From: Candidatus Asgardarchaeum abyssi
Lineage (GTDB): Archaea > Asgardarchaeota > Asgardarchaeia > Asgardarchaeales > Asgardarchaeaceae
DNA: 64,000 nucleotides
Assembly (NCBI GenBank): GCA_040225955.1
Contig: JBECUL010000001.1
Location: 39,452-103,451, forward strand
Reading direction: 5' to 3'
Positions 20,135 to 30,610 of the stretch are shown in pieces; the stretch's first letter is position 1, and each line of letters begins with the position of its first letter. Position numbers and translations under genes: made by a program. The notes under the pieces are model-generated. The model had not been told where the DNA came from. It worked only from the letters and a program-made list of their open reading frames with translations, and did no database searches.

Positions 20135-21172
20135 TTAATTGCCATTCGTGATCTTGCATATTTCATATAATGTTTCTCGTATATATTTTGCAGCATGCTC
20201 TGGTGGTACTGGGTTTATAGCAATATTTGTGTTATACTCAAATCCAGCATATATTGTAAGCCTTGGGAATATTCGTATGTGCATATGATACTCTTTCTCG
20301 TTCACCGTCTGCCAGATGGCATAATTGTACGGAGGGTCGTTTAAGATTTTACTAATTGCGGAAAGGATATCACGAGTTGCTATTGCCAAATCGTCTCTTT
20401 CTTCGTCTGATAATTCTAAGATATTATGAACATGTCTCTTTACAAAAATCCATACTTCAAAGGGGGTTGTAGAGGCAAAGGGACTGAATGCAATGACATT
20501 TTCTCTTTCAAGAATAAAACGTTCTGATTTCCTTTCATGCTCAATAATCTCGTCATACTTACAACGTTTTCCGTCAAAATTTAAACGCTTAATTTCTTGG
20601 AAAAACGAAACTGGAACAATAGGTGTAGCGATTATCTGAGAATGTGGGTGAGATAGACTGGCACCAGCTTTCTTGCCGTAATTTCGAAAAATACTTACAA
20701 ATTTAACAAAATCATAAGAGGTTAAATCCCTAAACCTATCACGATATGCTCTGAATACAAGTTTTACTTGATCATCAGACATGACTTGAATTTGCTCGTG
20801 ATGATCTGGACTTTCGATTATTACTTCATGATCTCCAATGCCACTAATTTTAGAAACGTAATTGGAAAAAACTTCTGCTTTTTCGCTGGGCTGCAATGCT
20901 GGAAAGAGATTAGGAACAACTCTGATTATCCAATCAGAACGTCTTTTCTCACTATTTCTATCTCTATCAATAATTATCTTCTTGTCATCAACTGGTATGT
21001 AAAGCATCCTTGCTGGAGGAGTCATATTCTCATTACCCGCGCAAAACGGGCAGTTTACCGCTTTATTAATTTCTTGCACTTCTGTTTTAAAGTCGGTTGG
21101 CCTCTTTGCACGCTCTACAGCAATTATAACCCACTTATCAAGTAGGTAATCTTTACGAATTTCATTACGCAT
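20135..21172 (-). CDS. galT: Galactose-1-phosphate uridylyltransferase-like (HIT family)
   Basis: RAKRP, CPFC, HEVIIESPDH, AGASLSHPHSQ. Confidence 0.92.
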   Translation of the reverse strand: MRNEIRKDYLLDKWVIIAVERAKRPTDFKTEVQEINKAVNCPFCAGNENMTPPARMLYIPVDDKKIIIDRDRNSEKRRSDWIIRVVPNLFPALQPSEKAEVFSNYVSKISGIGDHEVIIESPDHHEQIQVMSDDQVKLVFRAYRDRFRDLTSYDFVKFVSIFRNYGKKAGASLSHPHSQIIATPIVPVSFFQEIKRLNFDGKRCKYDEIIEHERKSERFILERENVIAFSPFASTTPFEVWIFVKRHVHNILELSDEERDDLAIATRDILSAISKILNDPPYNYAIWQTVNEKEYHMHIRIFPRLTIYAGFEYNTNIAINPVPPEHAAKYIRETLYEICKITNGN

Positions 21173-21494
21173 TAATAATCCTCCAAAAACGCAGCATCGC
21201 TTTGATTTTGATTATTGTTTTCTCTTTATATATCTTTTTGATAACGATATCCATGCTATTAAGATCAAGTAAGTGTTGCGCAGAACTGCTAAAACAATCC
21301 TTATATTGTTAAGTCTCTCAAATAAGAATTCATTTTAAGTCGTATGATGATATGCATATTCTCTAAATATATATTTAAAATTACGCATTTGCATATTCAA
21401 CCGTGATCCTGCAAGCAAGATATTATTTAATATATATATTATATAAAAAATAATTAAGTACATTATAATTATTATATTAATTTGGTAAACTAAA

Positions 21495-22352
21495 GTGGGC
21501 TACATAACACATATAGGTTGGGGAGTGATTGCCTTGAGATACATTCATTTCTCATCATTAGATTATAACATCTGGAAAGCTCTGCTTAAACTTTACTTTA
21601 ATGATCCAATAGAGCACGTATATTTTATGTATGATATCATTTATGCTATAGATAAAACTGACATTTACCTGGCATTATCAAATAATGATGTGATTGGTTA
21701 TCTGCTGATTTGGAAAGGTGCTGATGTTGCAGGAGTGCACATATGGGGTGATGCCGAGCCGCTTATTCGTTTTCTCCCAACAGATATCCCGATGACTATT
21801 CAAGTGTATAATGATGATTTATTTAAACTAGTTGTAAGCCATCTTAAATTTAAAGGCGGTAAAGTTTTATCAAAGCCATATTATAATATGAGTGTTAATG
21901 AACAAAATTTCAAGCTGTATCATAGTGATAAAGCCATTAGATTATCTGAAAAGGACCTTGATGCTTTTATTGAACTTCGAAAAATTCAGATTTCAGACAT
22001 TGCAAGGCGGGAAATTAATAGAAAAGAAGCTCTTGAGATTATGATCAAGTGGCGATATTATGGTTTTTACATGGATAATAAATTAGTCTCAATTGCTTGT
22101 GCTTTCGTAAGGTTAAATGAGGTGTGGATAATAGGAGGTGTTTTTACTCACCCAGATTTTAGAGGTAGAGGCTATGCAAAAATTGTCACATCAGCCATTA
22201 CACAGAATGCTTTAAATTCTGGAGCCATAGCTTTTCTTCAAGTTAGGGAAGATAATATTCCTGCTATCAGAGCCTATAAGGCCTTGGGATATAAAATTAT
22301 AGGAAAAAGGAATTGGATATTCTATAACAGGCCAACTGAAATCTTGCCTTAA
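21495..22352 (+). CDS. GNAT family acetyltransferase (FR47-like)
   Basis: VFTHPDFRGRGYA, NIPAIRAYKALGY. Confidence 0.88.
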   Translation: MGYITHIGWGVIALRYIHFSSLDYNIWKALLKLYFNDPIEHVYFMYDIIYAIDKTDIYLALSNNDVIGYLLIWKGADVAGVHIWGDAEPLIRFLPTDIPMTIQVYNDDLFKLVVSHLKFKGGKVLSKPYYNMSVNEQNFKLYHSDKAIRLSEKDLDAFIELRKIQISDIARREINRKEALEIMIKWRYYGFYMDNKLVSIACAFVRLNEVWIIGGVFTHPDFRGRGYAKIVTSAITQNALNSGAIAFLQVREDNIPAIRAYKALGYKIIGKRNWIFYNRPTEILP

Positions 22353-22455
22353 ATTTAAACTTTCATTAATTTGTGAACGCAATGAGGGCAATCGTCGTTG
22401 TTGTAATATTAATTAGTTTACTTGCTATGTATTCATTTATAGTATGGTGTAAATT

Positions 22456-23411
22456 ATGAAGATAACATACTATTGTATATATTGCAACACGGAGCTTAGT
22501 TTAAGTCCCCTAAAAGGTCATATTGGAGCTTTATATTGCGAAAAATGCTTACGCTTTTATCCTATCAGTAAGAATATCGTTGATGTGCCAGAAATTCTTC
22601 CAGATTTCTATAGAGATCTTACAGATGATAAAAGGTGGCTTATTGATAATCAGATAGACGTGCCGCTGCAAATTATAGAACATGAGATCAAAATGGAGCA
22701 TCTTAACAAACGTATGAAGTTCATTGTTAATGCGATAAAAGACGCTATGATACCTTATGATATATCTGGCGAAGAATATCCATCATTGTATGAAAAAGAG
22801 TATCTTAATTTTTTCTTAGCCCAAATTAAAGAGGCTTCAATGATACTAGACCTTGCTTGTGGTAATGGGCGTCACCTTCCAGACTTATGCAAAAATGCAG
22901 ATTATGTAGTTGGTTTAGACCTCTCTGTAAGTAATCTCAAGAGAGCTAAAGTAGTAGCATCGAAGTTTAACAATATTGAACTAGTTAGAAGTGATATTCT
23001 TAATTTACCTTTCAAAAGTGAGTTCTTCGATGGTATTTGGTTCTGCCAGGCATTTGAGTATGTCCCCCAGACTTTAGGAGGAAAATTTTATCTCAACTTT
23101 ATAAAATTCTTAAACCAGGCGGAATTATATTCATGAGTGTTGAAACATGGCAAGATCCTAGCATTATAACTACTATGAAGGAGCTTTTCGGAGACTTAAA
23201 ATATTTTTTGCTCTGGAAAGTAATTAAGAGAAAACCTTTACTGTGGGGTGAGTTTCTTTACCCTGTTCGTATAGATGATAAATTAAGTATTTGGCATTAT
23301 CATGTACACACGAGCAAGCGAGCTTTGCTTAAATTATTAAGAGAATTGAACTTTCAAATAGTTAAGTTAAAAATAGGTGATGGATATATTCACGTCATTT
23401 GTAAAAAATAA
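22456..23411 (+). CDS. Class I SAM-dependent methyltransferase with N-terminal Trm112-like zinc-knuckle; split by 1-nt deletion
   Basis: CIYC..CEKCLRFYPI..VPEILP; LDLACGNG; adding one C at 23064-23068 gives EYVPPDFRRKILSQLYKILKPGGIIFMSVE joining ORF 23133-23411. Confidence 0.8.
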
Positions 23412-23543
23412 TAGGATAGTTTCATGCTTTTTCTTAACTTTGTGTTAACAAGATTGAAGTATTATATATTATAGAAAAATTATAGTAATAACATCTGAAC
23501 ATTTATTTAATAGGATATAGAAAAGGTATTAAAGGAGGTTTTT

Positions 23544-23730
23544 ATGCGGGTTATAGGCTTAGTTTTTAGTGCTAGGAAAAAAGGAAATTGTTATCATTGT
23601 GTTAATTATTGTTTAGAAAAATTCAAAACACGAGGATTTAAAACTCAAATTATAAACGCTTATGACTATGAGATAAAGCCCTGTAGTCACTGTAATTACC
23701 AATGTTTCCCAGAGGAGGTTATCGGAAAGA
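23544..23730 (+). pseudogene. Truncated iron-sulfur flavoprotein (flavodoxin-like) N-terminus
   Basis: GGAGG RBS; MRVIGLVFSARKKGNC...IKPCSHCNYQC; similarity ends near 23730. Confidence 0.65.
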
Positions 23731-24663
23731 AGATGAAACTTCTGGAATTAAAGAGGTGTTTGTGGTTTATTCAGAGAATAAAGCAGACTGGAATAATGTA
23801 ACGGCTTCTCTTTCTGATTCGAAATATGTAGCGTATATTCCTGAGCAGTCTAGAGAAACTACTCTATATGTATATATTCTGGCTGTTGATAATTCGGGCA
23901 ATGTCAAGTACGATGATAACAATGGAGAATACTATGTAACTTATGTGATATTACCGAATGTTACTTGTAAAATAATATCACCAGAGAATAATTCTATAGT
24001 TAGAGACACCGTAAGTATAGTTGTAACTTTAAGAGCGTTAGCGATTAAGAATGCATCACTATTAATAGAGAATGAGATCGCTATGGCATGGTTCTATAGC
24101 GGAAACTATAGCTACTCGTGGAACACAACAGGGCTATCTGATGGAAGATATAAGATTGAATTGGTTCTCTACACAATAGATGGTGAAGTTTATAGTGATA
24201 CAATTACACTACTTATCGATAGACACCCTCCCATGCTAGAAGATTTAACATATCCGGCTGAGGTTAATGTTGGCGATAATATCATAATAAATATTACTGC
24301 GCGAGATGAAATCTCTGGAATAAAAGGAATCTACGTCCTTTATACAATTAATGATGGAATTTGGATAAACGTAACCAACAAAGATGAATTCCAAATATAA
24401 TGTAACTATCGCTGCATCAGCCGAGGGAACTTTAAAATTCTACATAATTATGAGAGATAACGCAGACAATAAAGTAGTTTATGACAAATGATGGTGCATA
24501 CTATGAAATAACAATAAAAAGTAAGACTGAAGCCCAATCGGAGGAGGTACCTACAGAAAGTGAAGGAACCATTGGTGGAATTCCAACACGCACACTGATC
24601 ATAATAGTGGGAGTTGCAGCGGTTGTGGTGATCATTATTTTCATAGTTCTAAAAAGACGCTGA
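23728..24663 (+). pseudogene. 5'-truncated, frameshifted surface protein (Ig-like repeats + C-terminal TM anchor)
   Basis: Repeated DExSGIK..V.Y / D..GN / DNxGxYY Ig-like units; frameshifts near 24375 and 24487; ends IIIVGVAAVVVIIIFIVLKRR. Confidence 0.65.
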
Positions 24664-24751
24664 AATCATTTTTTATTTTTATTAGTTTTCTTAGTTCTTT
24701 ATTGCAAAAACTTATTTTGATGTTGTGCGTTTAATTATTCTTGGTGTAATT

Positions 24752-25702
24752 ATGTCAAAGAAGGTGAAGGTAAAGTTAAAAACATTTGCATGGGATGGAT
24801 TAGAGTTAAAAATTCCTGAAAATTGGGAGATTTCAAATGCTGAGTCTATTGATAGTCTAGTAGTTTTAACAATTGATGATTACAATATTAATAGACTCAT
24901 TATAGCAATAGCCTTTGAAGATAGATATAAGGACGATATTTCTCATCTACAAATTCTTGAAGAATATCTACAATATGTACGTTCAGGAATTTCTGATTTT
25001 CGAATAGTAGATAGAGAAATAGTGCTTGCTATGAGGCACAGAGCTCTTAAATTTTATTGGAGAAATAGATATCAAGGCTTTGGCCTTGCGTGGAAATGTG
25101 AACATTCTAAGAAGATTTTTACAATGATAGTTATATTTAAGTTGGACGAAGTCAAATTGATGAAGTTTCTCGAAAGAAGTTTTATTAGTTCAATTAGATG
25201 CCACGGTGCTCCTTTAAAAGCGTGGTCATTTCTAGATTTAAATTTTAAGATACCCTCTGATTTTTACTTTAGAGTTGCCGAATTTGCTAAAGGTGTTAGA
25301 TTATTTAAATTTGAAAATGATTCTGAAGATAACTTATTTTTCATGAAATTTGATCTTGAAAAGGATAAGTTAAAAAAACTTAGATATGATTCGGCTGATG
25401 AATTCCAGAAATTTTTCCCAGATGAACTTGAATCGAAAGAGCTAAAAATGGACTCTCTTTCTATCTCTCCAAATAGAATTCAGTTGCCACTGCATGAAGT
25501 ATACTTTTTCGAGGGAACTAAAAAAGAAAGGAAGTTTCTTATGAAAACTGTATTTAAAAATCTCTATGGGTATACATGGCTTTGTCATCAAACGAATAGT
25601 ATGTACGTTGTGATGATTAAAACTGAAACTATGAGTAAGGACAGATCAACCAAGATAATTAGAAGAGTCGTGGAGAATACCTTATGTCATATTTCTCGGT
25701 AA
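24752..25702 (+). CDS. Hypothetical protein with two internal repeats (PsbP/Mog1-like suspected)
   Basis: FAWDGLELKIPENW...WKCEHSKK...IRCH repeated as WSFLDLNFKIPSDF...WLCHQTNS...TLCH. Confidence 0.55.
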   Translation: MSKKVKVKLKTFAWDGLELKIPENWEISNAESIDSLVVLTIDDYNINRLIIAIAFEDRYKDDISHLQILEEYLQYVRSGISDFRIVDREIVLAMRHRALKFYWRNRYQGFGLAWKCEHSKKIFTMIVIFKLDEVKLMKFLERSFISSIRCHGAPLKAWSFLDLNFKIPSDFYFRVAEFAKGVRLFKFENDSEDNLFFMKFDLEKDKLKKLRYDSADEFQKFFPDELESKELKMDSLSISPNRIQLPLHEVYFFEGTKKERKFLMKTVFKNLYGYTWLCHQTNSMYVVMIKTETMSKDRSTKIIRRVVENTLCHISR

Positions 25703-25714
25703 GTAAAGATATTA

Positions 25715-26785
25715 TTATGATGTGAATATTTTAATTGCAAGTTCTTTAGCTGGTTCAAATATTGTAGTGTCTCCAGTCCATTTTCTAGCCTGTTTTCCAA
25801 ATATTGTAGCGAATTGCTCGATGAACTCCCTAATTTTCCTATGATATATCACTAAATCTTCGGTAGCTACAACTATGAGGGTGAAATCTTCTGTATGTCC
25901 AAAAATCAGTTTCACATCACCTTGATCAACGACTGCAGTTTCTTTTGTACTTTTCGTGATAATTTTTAAAGCTGACTTTAGGGCCGTTAAAACTCCTGCG
26001 GCCAAAAGAATCTCATCGCTTTTTTCATCAAATTCAATTCCATCCTCTTTAAACCTGATATGAAAAATAGGTATTCCACTCCCATAAATAAAATATATCT
26101 CTCTAAGCTTTCTTTCCCATCCAATTTCTGAAAATGACGGTATATTTAGTATCGAGAAGTTTACTACTACACTACCAATAACCATTGATAATGCTCCAAT
26201 AACATAAAAAACCGAGTCATATTGAGCCATTATATCACTTGTTAGAAATTCGCCTATCCCAAACAAAATAATCCCGTTAATGAACATTCTTAAGAAAATT
26301 TTATCCCTCTCGGCACTTACCTTAAAAACATATACCGAAAACATTATGAAAATTGCCATACTAAGAGGCAACAGCACAGCTGCGCTTAAAAAAATCTGAA
26401 TTTCTCTTGGGCTTAAAAATAGAATGATGGAAGATACTATTCCTATAATTGTAAAAATATTATATGTTTTAAAGGGTAAGGCTTTTTCTTGAACGTATAT
26501 AAATAAGAGAAGTCCAACTATAACAGCTACATATCCAGAATGTATCCATATTAATCTATTCTCTTTAGTAGCATAAAAATCGGCAATTATAAAGAAAAAC
26601 TGTTGTAAGCAAATCGCTATAAGGAGGAAAGACCACAAAAAACGTGAGTCATTGAATCTCTTCTTCGGTTCTATATACCATTTATAAAGGAAAATAACTA
26701 TGAAGATCAAATTAATGGTTATTAACGCTGTCAGGAAGGCAAATGCCAAATCTCTTAATATGCTTACTTCTTCAAATACTACCAT
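25715..26785 (-). CDS. Multi-pass (about 7 TM) membrane protein with C-terminal longin-like domain
   Basis: Hydrophobic N-terminal ~215 aa; C-terminus IYFIYGSGIPIF..LAAGVLTAL..VDQGDVKLIF..FIEQF..WTGDTTIF matches the Asgard longin-like pattern. Confidence 0.75.
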   Translation of the reverse strand: MVVFEEVSILRDLAFAFLTALITINLIFIVIFLYKWYIEPKKRFNDSRFLWSFLLIAICLQQFFFIIADFYATKENRLIWIHSGYVAVIVGLLLFIYVQEKALPFKTYNIFTIIGIVSSIILFLSPREIQIFLSAAVLLPLSMAIFIMFSVYVFKVSAERDKIFLRMFINGIILFGIGEFLTSDIMAQYDSVFYVIGALSMVIGSVVVNFSILNIPSFSEIGWERKLREIYFIYGSGIPIFHIRFKEDGIEFDEKSDEILLAAGVLTALKSALKIITKSTKETAVVDQGDVKLIFGHTEDFTLIVVATEDLVIYHRKIREFIEQFATIFGKQARKWTGDTTIFEPAKELAIKIFTS

Positions 26786-27213
26786 AGTTCGACCCTCTTT
26801 TCTTCATAAAATAACTTATCCTTTTATAATTAATTATACTTTTACGTATCTCCTAATCATTTATAGTATAATCAGCAATAGTGATGTGCAGTGTTAATAA
26901 AAATCTGCTTTGTTGACCAAAACATTGTTATATTGAAGTTATGAAATCGGAATTTAGAGCAAGTTATTATGATATCGCATATAACACATTTATCAGCGAT
27001 ATTATTATAACATTACGCAACCATTCATTGAATTGTTCAACAAAGCATAAAAATCAAAAGATTTTAAAACTTAGACTTTTATTAAAAGTTAGCTTGTTTA
27101 CAGAGATATAATACTTAGACTTAAATAAATAACATATAGTAAAATATTTTTAATAATTTATTAACTTAATGTATGATCATAAAGTAGTATAAAAGCATCT
27201 CTTTAATGGTGAT

Positions 27214-28989
27214 ATGATGAAATTTACAAAAAGATATCTAATAACAGTAGGTCTTATGATAGCATTAGTAGCCTATTTCTTAGCTCCTCCAGATACCGAA
27301 CCAGGATTATATTTTGCTGAGTTATCCTTTCCCAATCCGAATAATGGTGAAATAATAAGAGTGCCCTTTAACTTCACACTTTCGGAATTTGAAGAGAGTG
27401 GGTTAATAACAAAAATTTATAAGTTTTCTAATTTTAGTGCATATTTAAAGTTTCGAGAGAAGTATCTTTTAAAGCCTGGATCACCCATTGAGTTTTATGT
27501 GAAAATAATTTGGAATAACGGCACTTCCATACACTTGGTTCCTGATTCATTAGTAATTTCAATAGAGAAGGGGCAATCATTTCATGTTGAAATAAGGCCA
27601 ACAAAAGTTAGTGATGACGAATACTATTTTGTTTACCACCCTCTTGTGAAATCAAATGAGGCATTCTTCATATTATTTTTTATTGCATTTTTATGGTTTA
27701 CTGAGGCTTTACCACTTGCTAGTTCTGCGTTATTAATACCTGTCTTTGCAGTTGTATTTCAAATTCTAGAACCAAAATATGCTCTCTCTCCATTCTTCAG
27801 CCCCGCAACGGTTTTAATAATGGGAGGCCTTTTTATTGGAAGAGCCTTACAGAAATATCAGATAGATAAGAGAATTGCACTTCTAATAGTTTCCAAAACG
27901 AAAGGACATGTTTCAGTTTTAATGCTCGCTATGATGTATACGACGGCTTTTCTTAGTTTTTGGATTTCAAATACAGCTGCAGCAGCCGTTATGCTTCCTA
28001 TAGGTTTAGCAGTCGTCTATAAAGTTGGAAATGGTGTTGCAAGAACCAACTATGGCAAGATAGTCATACTTGGAATTGCATACTCCGCTACAATAGGTGG
28101 GATTGCAACCCTAATTGGAACACCCCCAAATCTTGTTGCAGCTGGAATGCTTCAGAGCATTTTAGGGATTAATTTTTCATTTGTTGATTGGCTTCCCTTT
28201 GGGCTTCCATATGTAATAATATTTATCCCAATAGTGTATAAGATTTTGATTACTGTTTTCAAACCTGAGGAGGGGTTTGAAAATTCTCTTGGAAAAATTA
28301 TGCAAGAGAGTAAAAAAGAATTAGAAAAACTAGGTCCAATCACTTTGGAGCAAAAAGCAGTACTTATAGTTTTTACTCTTACAATTATACTTTGGCTCAC
28401 CGAAAAAGTTCCTGACTTTATAGCTAAAGCTATGGGTTTTAACGGTCATGGTATCTCTAGCAGCATAGTAGCATTAATAGGAGTTGGTGGTCTATTTATT
28501 TTAGGTCTTTTAGGTGAAGAAGATATCACTAAAATTAATTGGTCTGCAATTTTCATAATTGGAGGAGGGCTTGCTCTAGGGGAGATTATCACAAGAACTG
28601 GTGTTAGTGATTGGATTGCTCAAAGCTTAGGACTATTACAAGGTACTCATATTCTTATCCTTAACTTTGTAGTTGGTGCACACTCACTAATACTTACGAT
28701 GTTTGCTTCTAATACAGCTGCAGCAGCGATCTTAGTGCCAATAGCTATACCATTAGCAATTTCCCTAGGAGTAGATCCTATTTTGCTAACTATCACTATC
28801 GCAATAGCAGCATCTCTTGATTTCGCATTGCCAGTTGGCACTCCACCTAGTACTCTTGCTTATAGCACTGGGATGGTAAAATTAAAAGAGATGATAAAAG
28901 TTGGCTTGATTCTTGACATAATTTCTTTGTTATTATTAACGTTCGGAATGATTTGGATTTGGTTTTTCTTAGGACTTATAACACTCTAA
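27214..28989 (+). CDS. DASS/SLC13 sodium-coupled anion (dicarboxylate/sulfate) symporter
   Basis: WISNTA, IGTPPN, ASNTA, PVGTPP motifs. Confidence 0.92.
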   Translation: MMKFTKRYLITVGLMIALVAYFLAPPDTEPGLYFAELSFPNPNNGEIIRVPFNFTLSEFEESGLITKIYKFSNFSAYLKFREKYLLKPGSPIEFYVKIIWNNGTSIHLVPDSLVISIEKGQSFHVEIRPTKVSDDEYYFVYHPLVKSNEAFFILFFIAFLWFTEALPLASSALLIPVFAVVFQILEPKYALSPFFSPATVLIMGGLFIGRALQKYQIDKRIALLIVSKTKGHVSVLMLAMMYTTAFLSFWISNTAAAAVMLPIGLAVVYKVGNGVARTNYGKIVILGIAYSATIGGIATLIGTPPNLVAAGMLQSILGINFSFVDWLPFGLPYVIIFIPIVYKILITVFKPEEGFENSLGKIMQESKKELEKLGPITLEQKAVLIVFTLTIILWLTEKVPDFIAKAMGFNGHGISSSIVALIGVGGLFILGLLGEEDITKINWSAIFIIGGGLALGEIITRTGVSDWIAQSLGLLQGTHILILNFVVGAHSLILTMFASNTAAAAILVPIAIPLAISLGVDPILLTITIAIAASLDFALPVGTPPSTLAYSTGMVKLKEMIKVGLILDIISLLLLTFGMIWIWFFLGLITL

Positions 28990-29003
28990 TTTTCATTTTT
29001 CTA

Positions 29004-30434
29004 TTATTTTTTACTGCTTAAACACTTTTTCAATTCGTTAAGTGTTTTTCTGAAATTACTTAAAGACCTTTTCATGAAGTTTTCAAAATCTTCTCCCGAA
29101 TCTTTTAGAGGAGCGTAATATGCTGAATCGTTAAGATACTTAACTGCTAAGTAAAACAAGATTGCAAGCTTGTATTCTTGTTTTTCCATGTCATCATTTC
29201 CAAACATTAGTTTAAAATAATCCTCAATCATAGATGTGTTTAGTTTATTAATCAAGCTCTTAGCCTTGTCATGAATTTTTTTATCTACCGAGTCGGCTAT
29301 ATAGGTATTTGCTGTACATAGATAAGCAATATCTCTTTCTATATGTCCATAAGTGCTATTATCTAAATCTATTAAGAGATATCGGCCATAGTTATCTTTA
29401 AAAATTTGATGCCACGATAGATCATTATGTATGATAAAGCTAGGCCTTTTAGAAACATACATAGTCCAAATATTCTTGAGGAAGGCCTCAATCTCCCTTG
29501 ATTCTGCTCCTTTTAAAATTTTAAGCTCCCGAAGTAGCTCTAGGCTTTTTTCGATTTCTCTAATAACTTCTTTCTCAAAAACCTCTAAACCTCTTTTAAA
29601 GAGTTTTTTATTCTTAAGTTCTCTAGTAGTCGATCTATGAAGCGGATATATGACATTTGTTAGTGCGTTGTTAGTTATTTTTTGTAGCTCTAATAAAACT
29701 TGAGAACTACTAACATTCCTTAGTTTACTGATTTTCTCTTGAATATCGGTTTCTACGTTATTCACGTTTCCTATAAATTGTTGAAATACTGCAACGACTT
29801 CCCAATCTATAATTTTAAGGGCTCCGTAAATTCGTGGAGCCCTTTGTTTAAATGATAGATAGCGCAGTAATTCATATTCCCATGTCCCTCTATCCGCTGG
29901 AAATCTTGGTATATACTTTTTAACGACTATTTTCATCGGCTCAGCAAATGTGACATTCTCAATCATCCAGATGTAAATTAGATTAGTAGTTAGAACATCT
30001 CTTGCTTTAGCTAATGACTCAACACTCATTATACTAAATGGAAAGATATTCTCCGCATTAGGATTTCTTTCAAGGATTATACCTGCCTTTATAGAACCAT
30101 TTTCATAGTCTTGACTTATGTTCATTAGTCTATTTGCTCCATTAACGTCAGAAAATGCATCGACGAGTGATATTTCATTCATCTCACCTAATATTCTTGC
30201 ATTTGAGGAGGGAGTTCTTGTTGTGTAAAGACTCTCAAAGAATATTAACTTCTCATCCGAGATAGAACTGCTTACGAAAATTAAAAAATTATAAATCTCA
30301 TTAAAACTGCCGATGAAATTTACACTAACCTCTTCAACATGTTGAGGAGCTAATCTGTATAAACCTGGAGAAATAGACCCTTCTCTTATTCCAACTGTTA
30401 AAAACTTAATAATGCTATGAATATCTAGCTGCAC
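29004..30434 (-). CDS. Maltokinase-like phosphotransferase (APH/kinase fold)
   Basis: DAFSD, VVKKY..EYELLRYL, IHNDLSWHQI, LIDLD, ERDIA resemble Mak/Pep2 motifs. Confidence 0.6.
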   Translation of the reverse strand: MQLDIHSIIKFLTVGIREGSISPGLYRLAPQHVEEVSVNFIGSFNEIYNFLIFVSSSISDEKLIFFESLYTTRTPSSNARILGEMNEISLVDAFSDVNGANRLMNISQDYENGSIKAGIILERNPNAENIFPFSIMSVESLAKARDVLTTNLIYIWMIENVTFAEPMKIVVKKYIPRFPADRGTWEYELLRYLSFKQRAPRIYGALKIIDWEVVAVFQQFIGNVNNVETDIQEKISKLRNVSSSQVLLELQKITNNALTNVIYPLHRSTTRELKNKKLFKRGLEVFEKEVIREIEKSLELLRELKILKGAESREIEAFLKNIWTMYVSKRPSFIIHNDLSWHQIFKDNYGRYLLIDLDNSTYGHIERDIAYLCTANTYIADSVDKKIHDKAKSLINKLNTSMIEDYFKLMFGNDDMEKQEYKLAILFYLAVKYLNDSAYYAPLKDSGEDFENFMKRSLSNFRKTLNELKKCLSSKK

Positions 30435-30610
30435 TTCTAATCATCATCCCGTATAACAAAGGAGCCATGCATTATAAGTTGTTGTATTACATTAATTTAA
30501 TAGTTAATATATATTGCATTCTCATTTCTAAAATAGATTTTGGAATTAGTCAAGTAATACATTATAATGATTGATAAAAAGCATATAAACAGTTTCTATA
30601 GCGCTAATAA

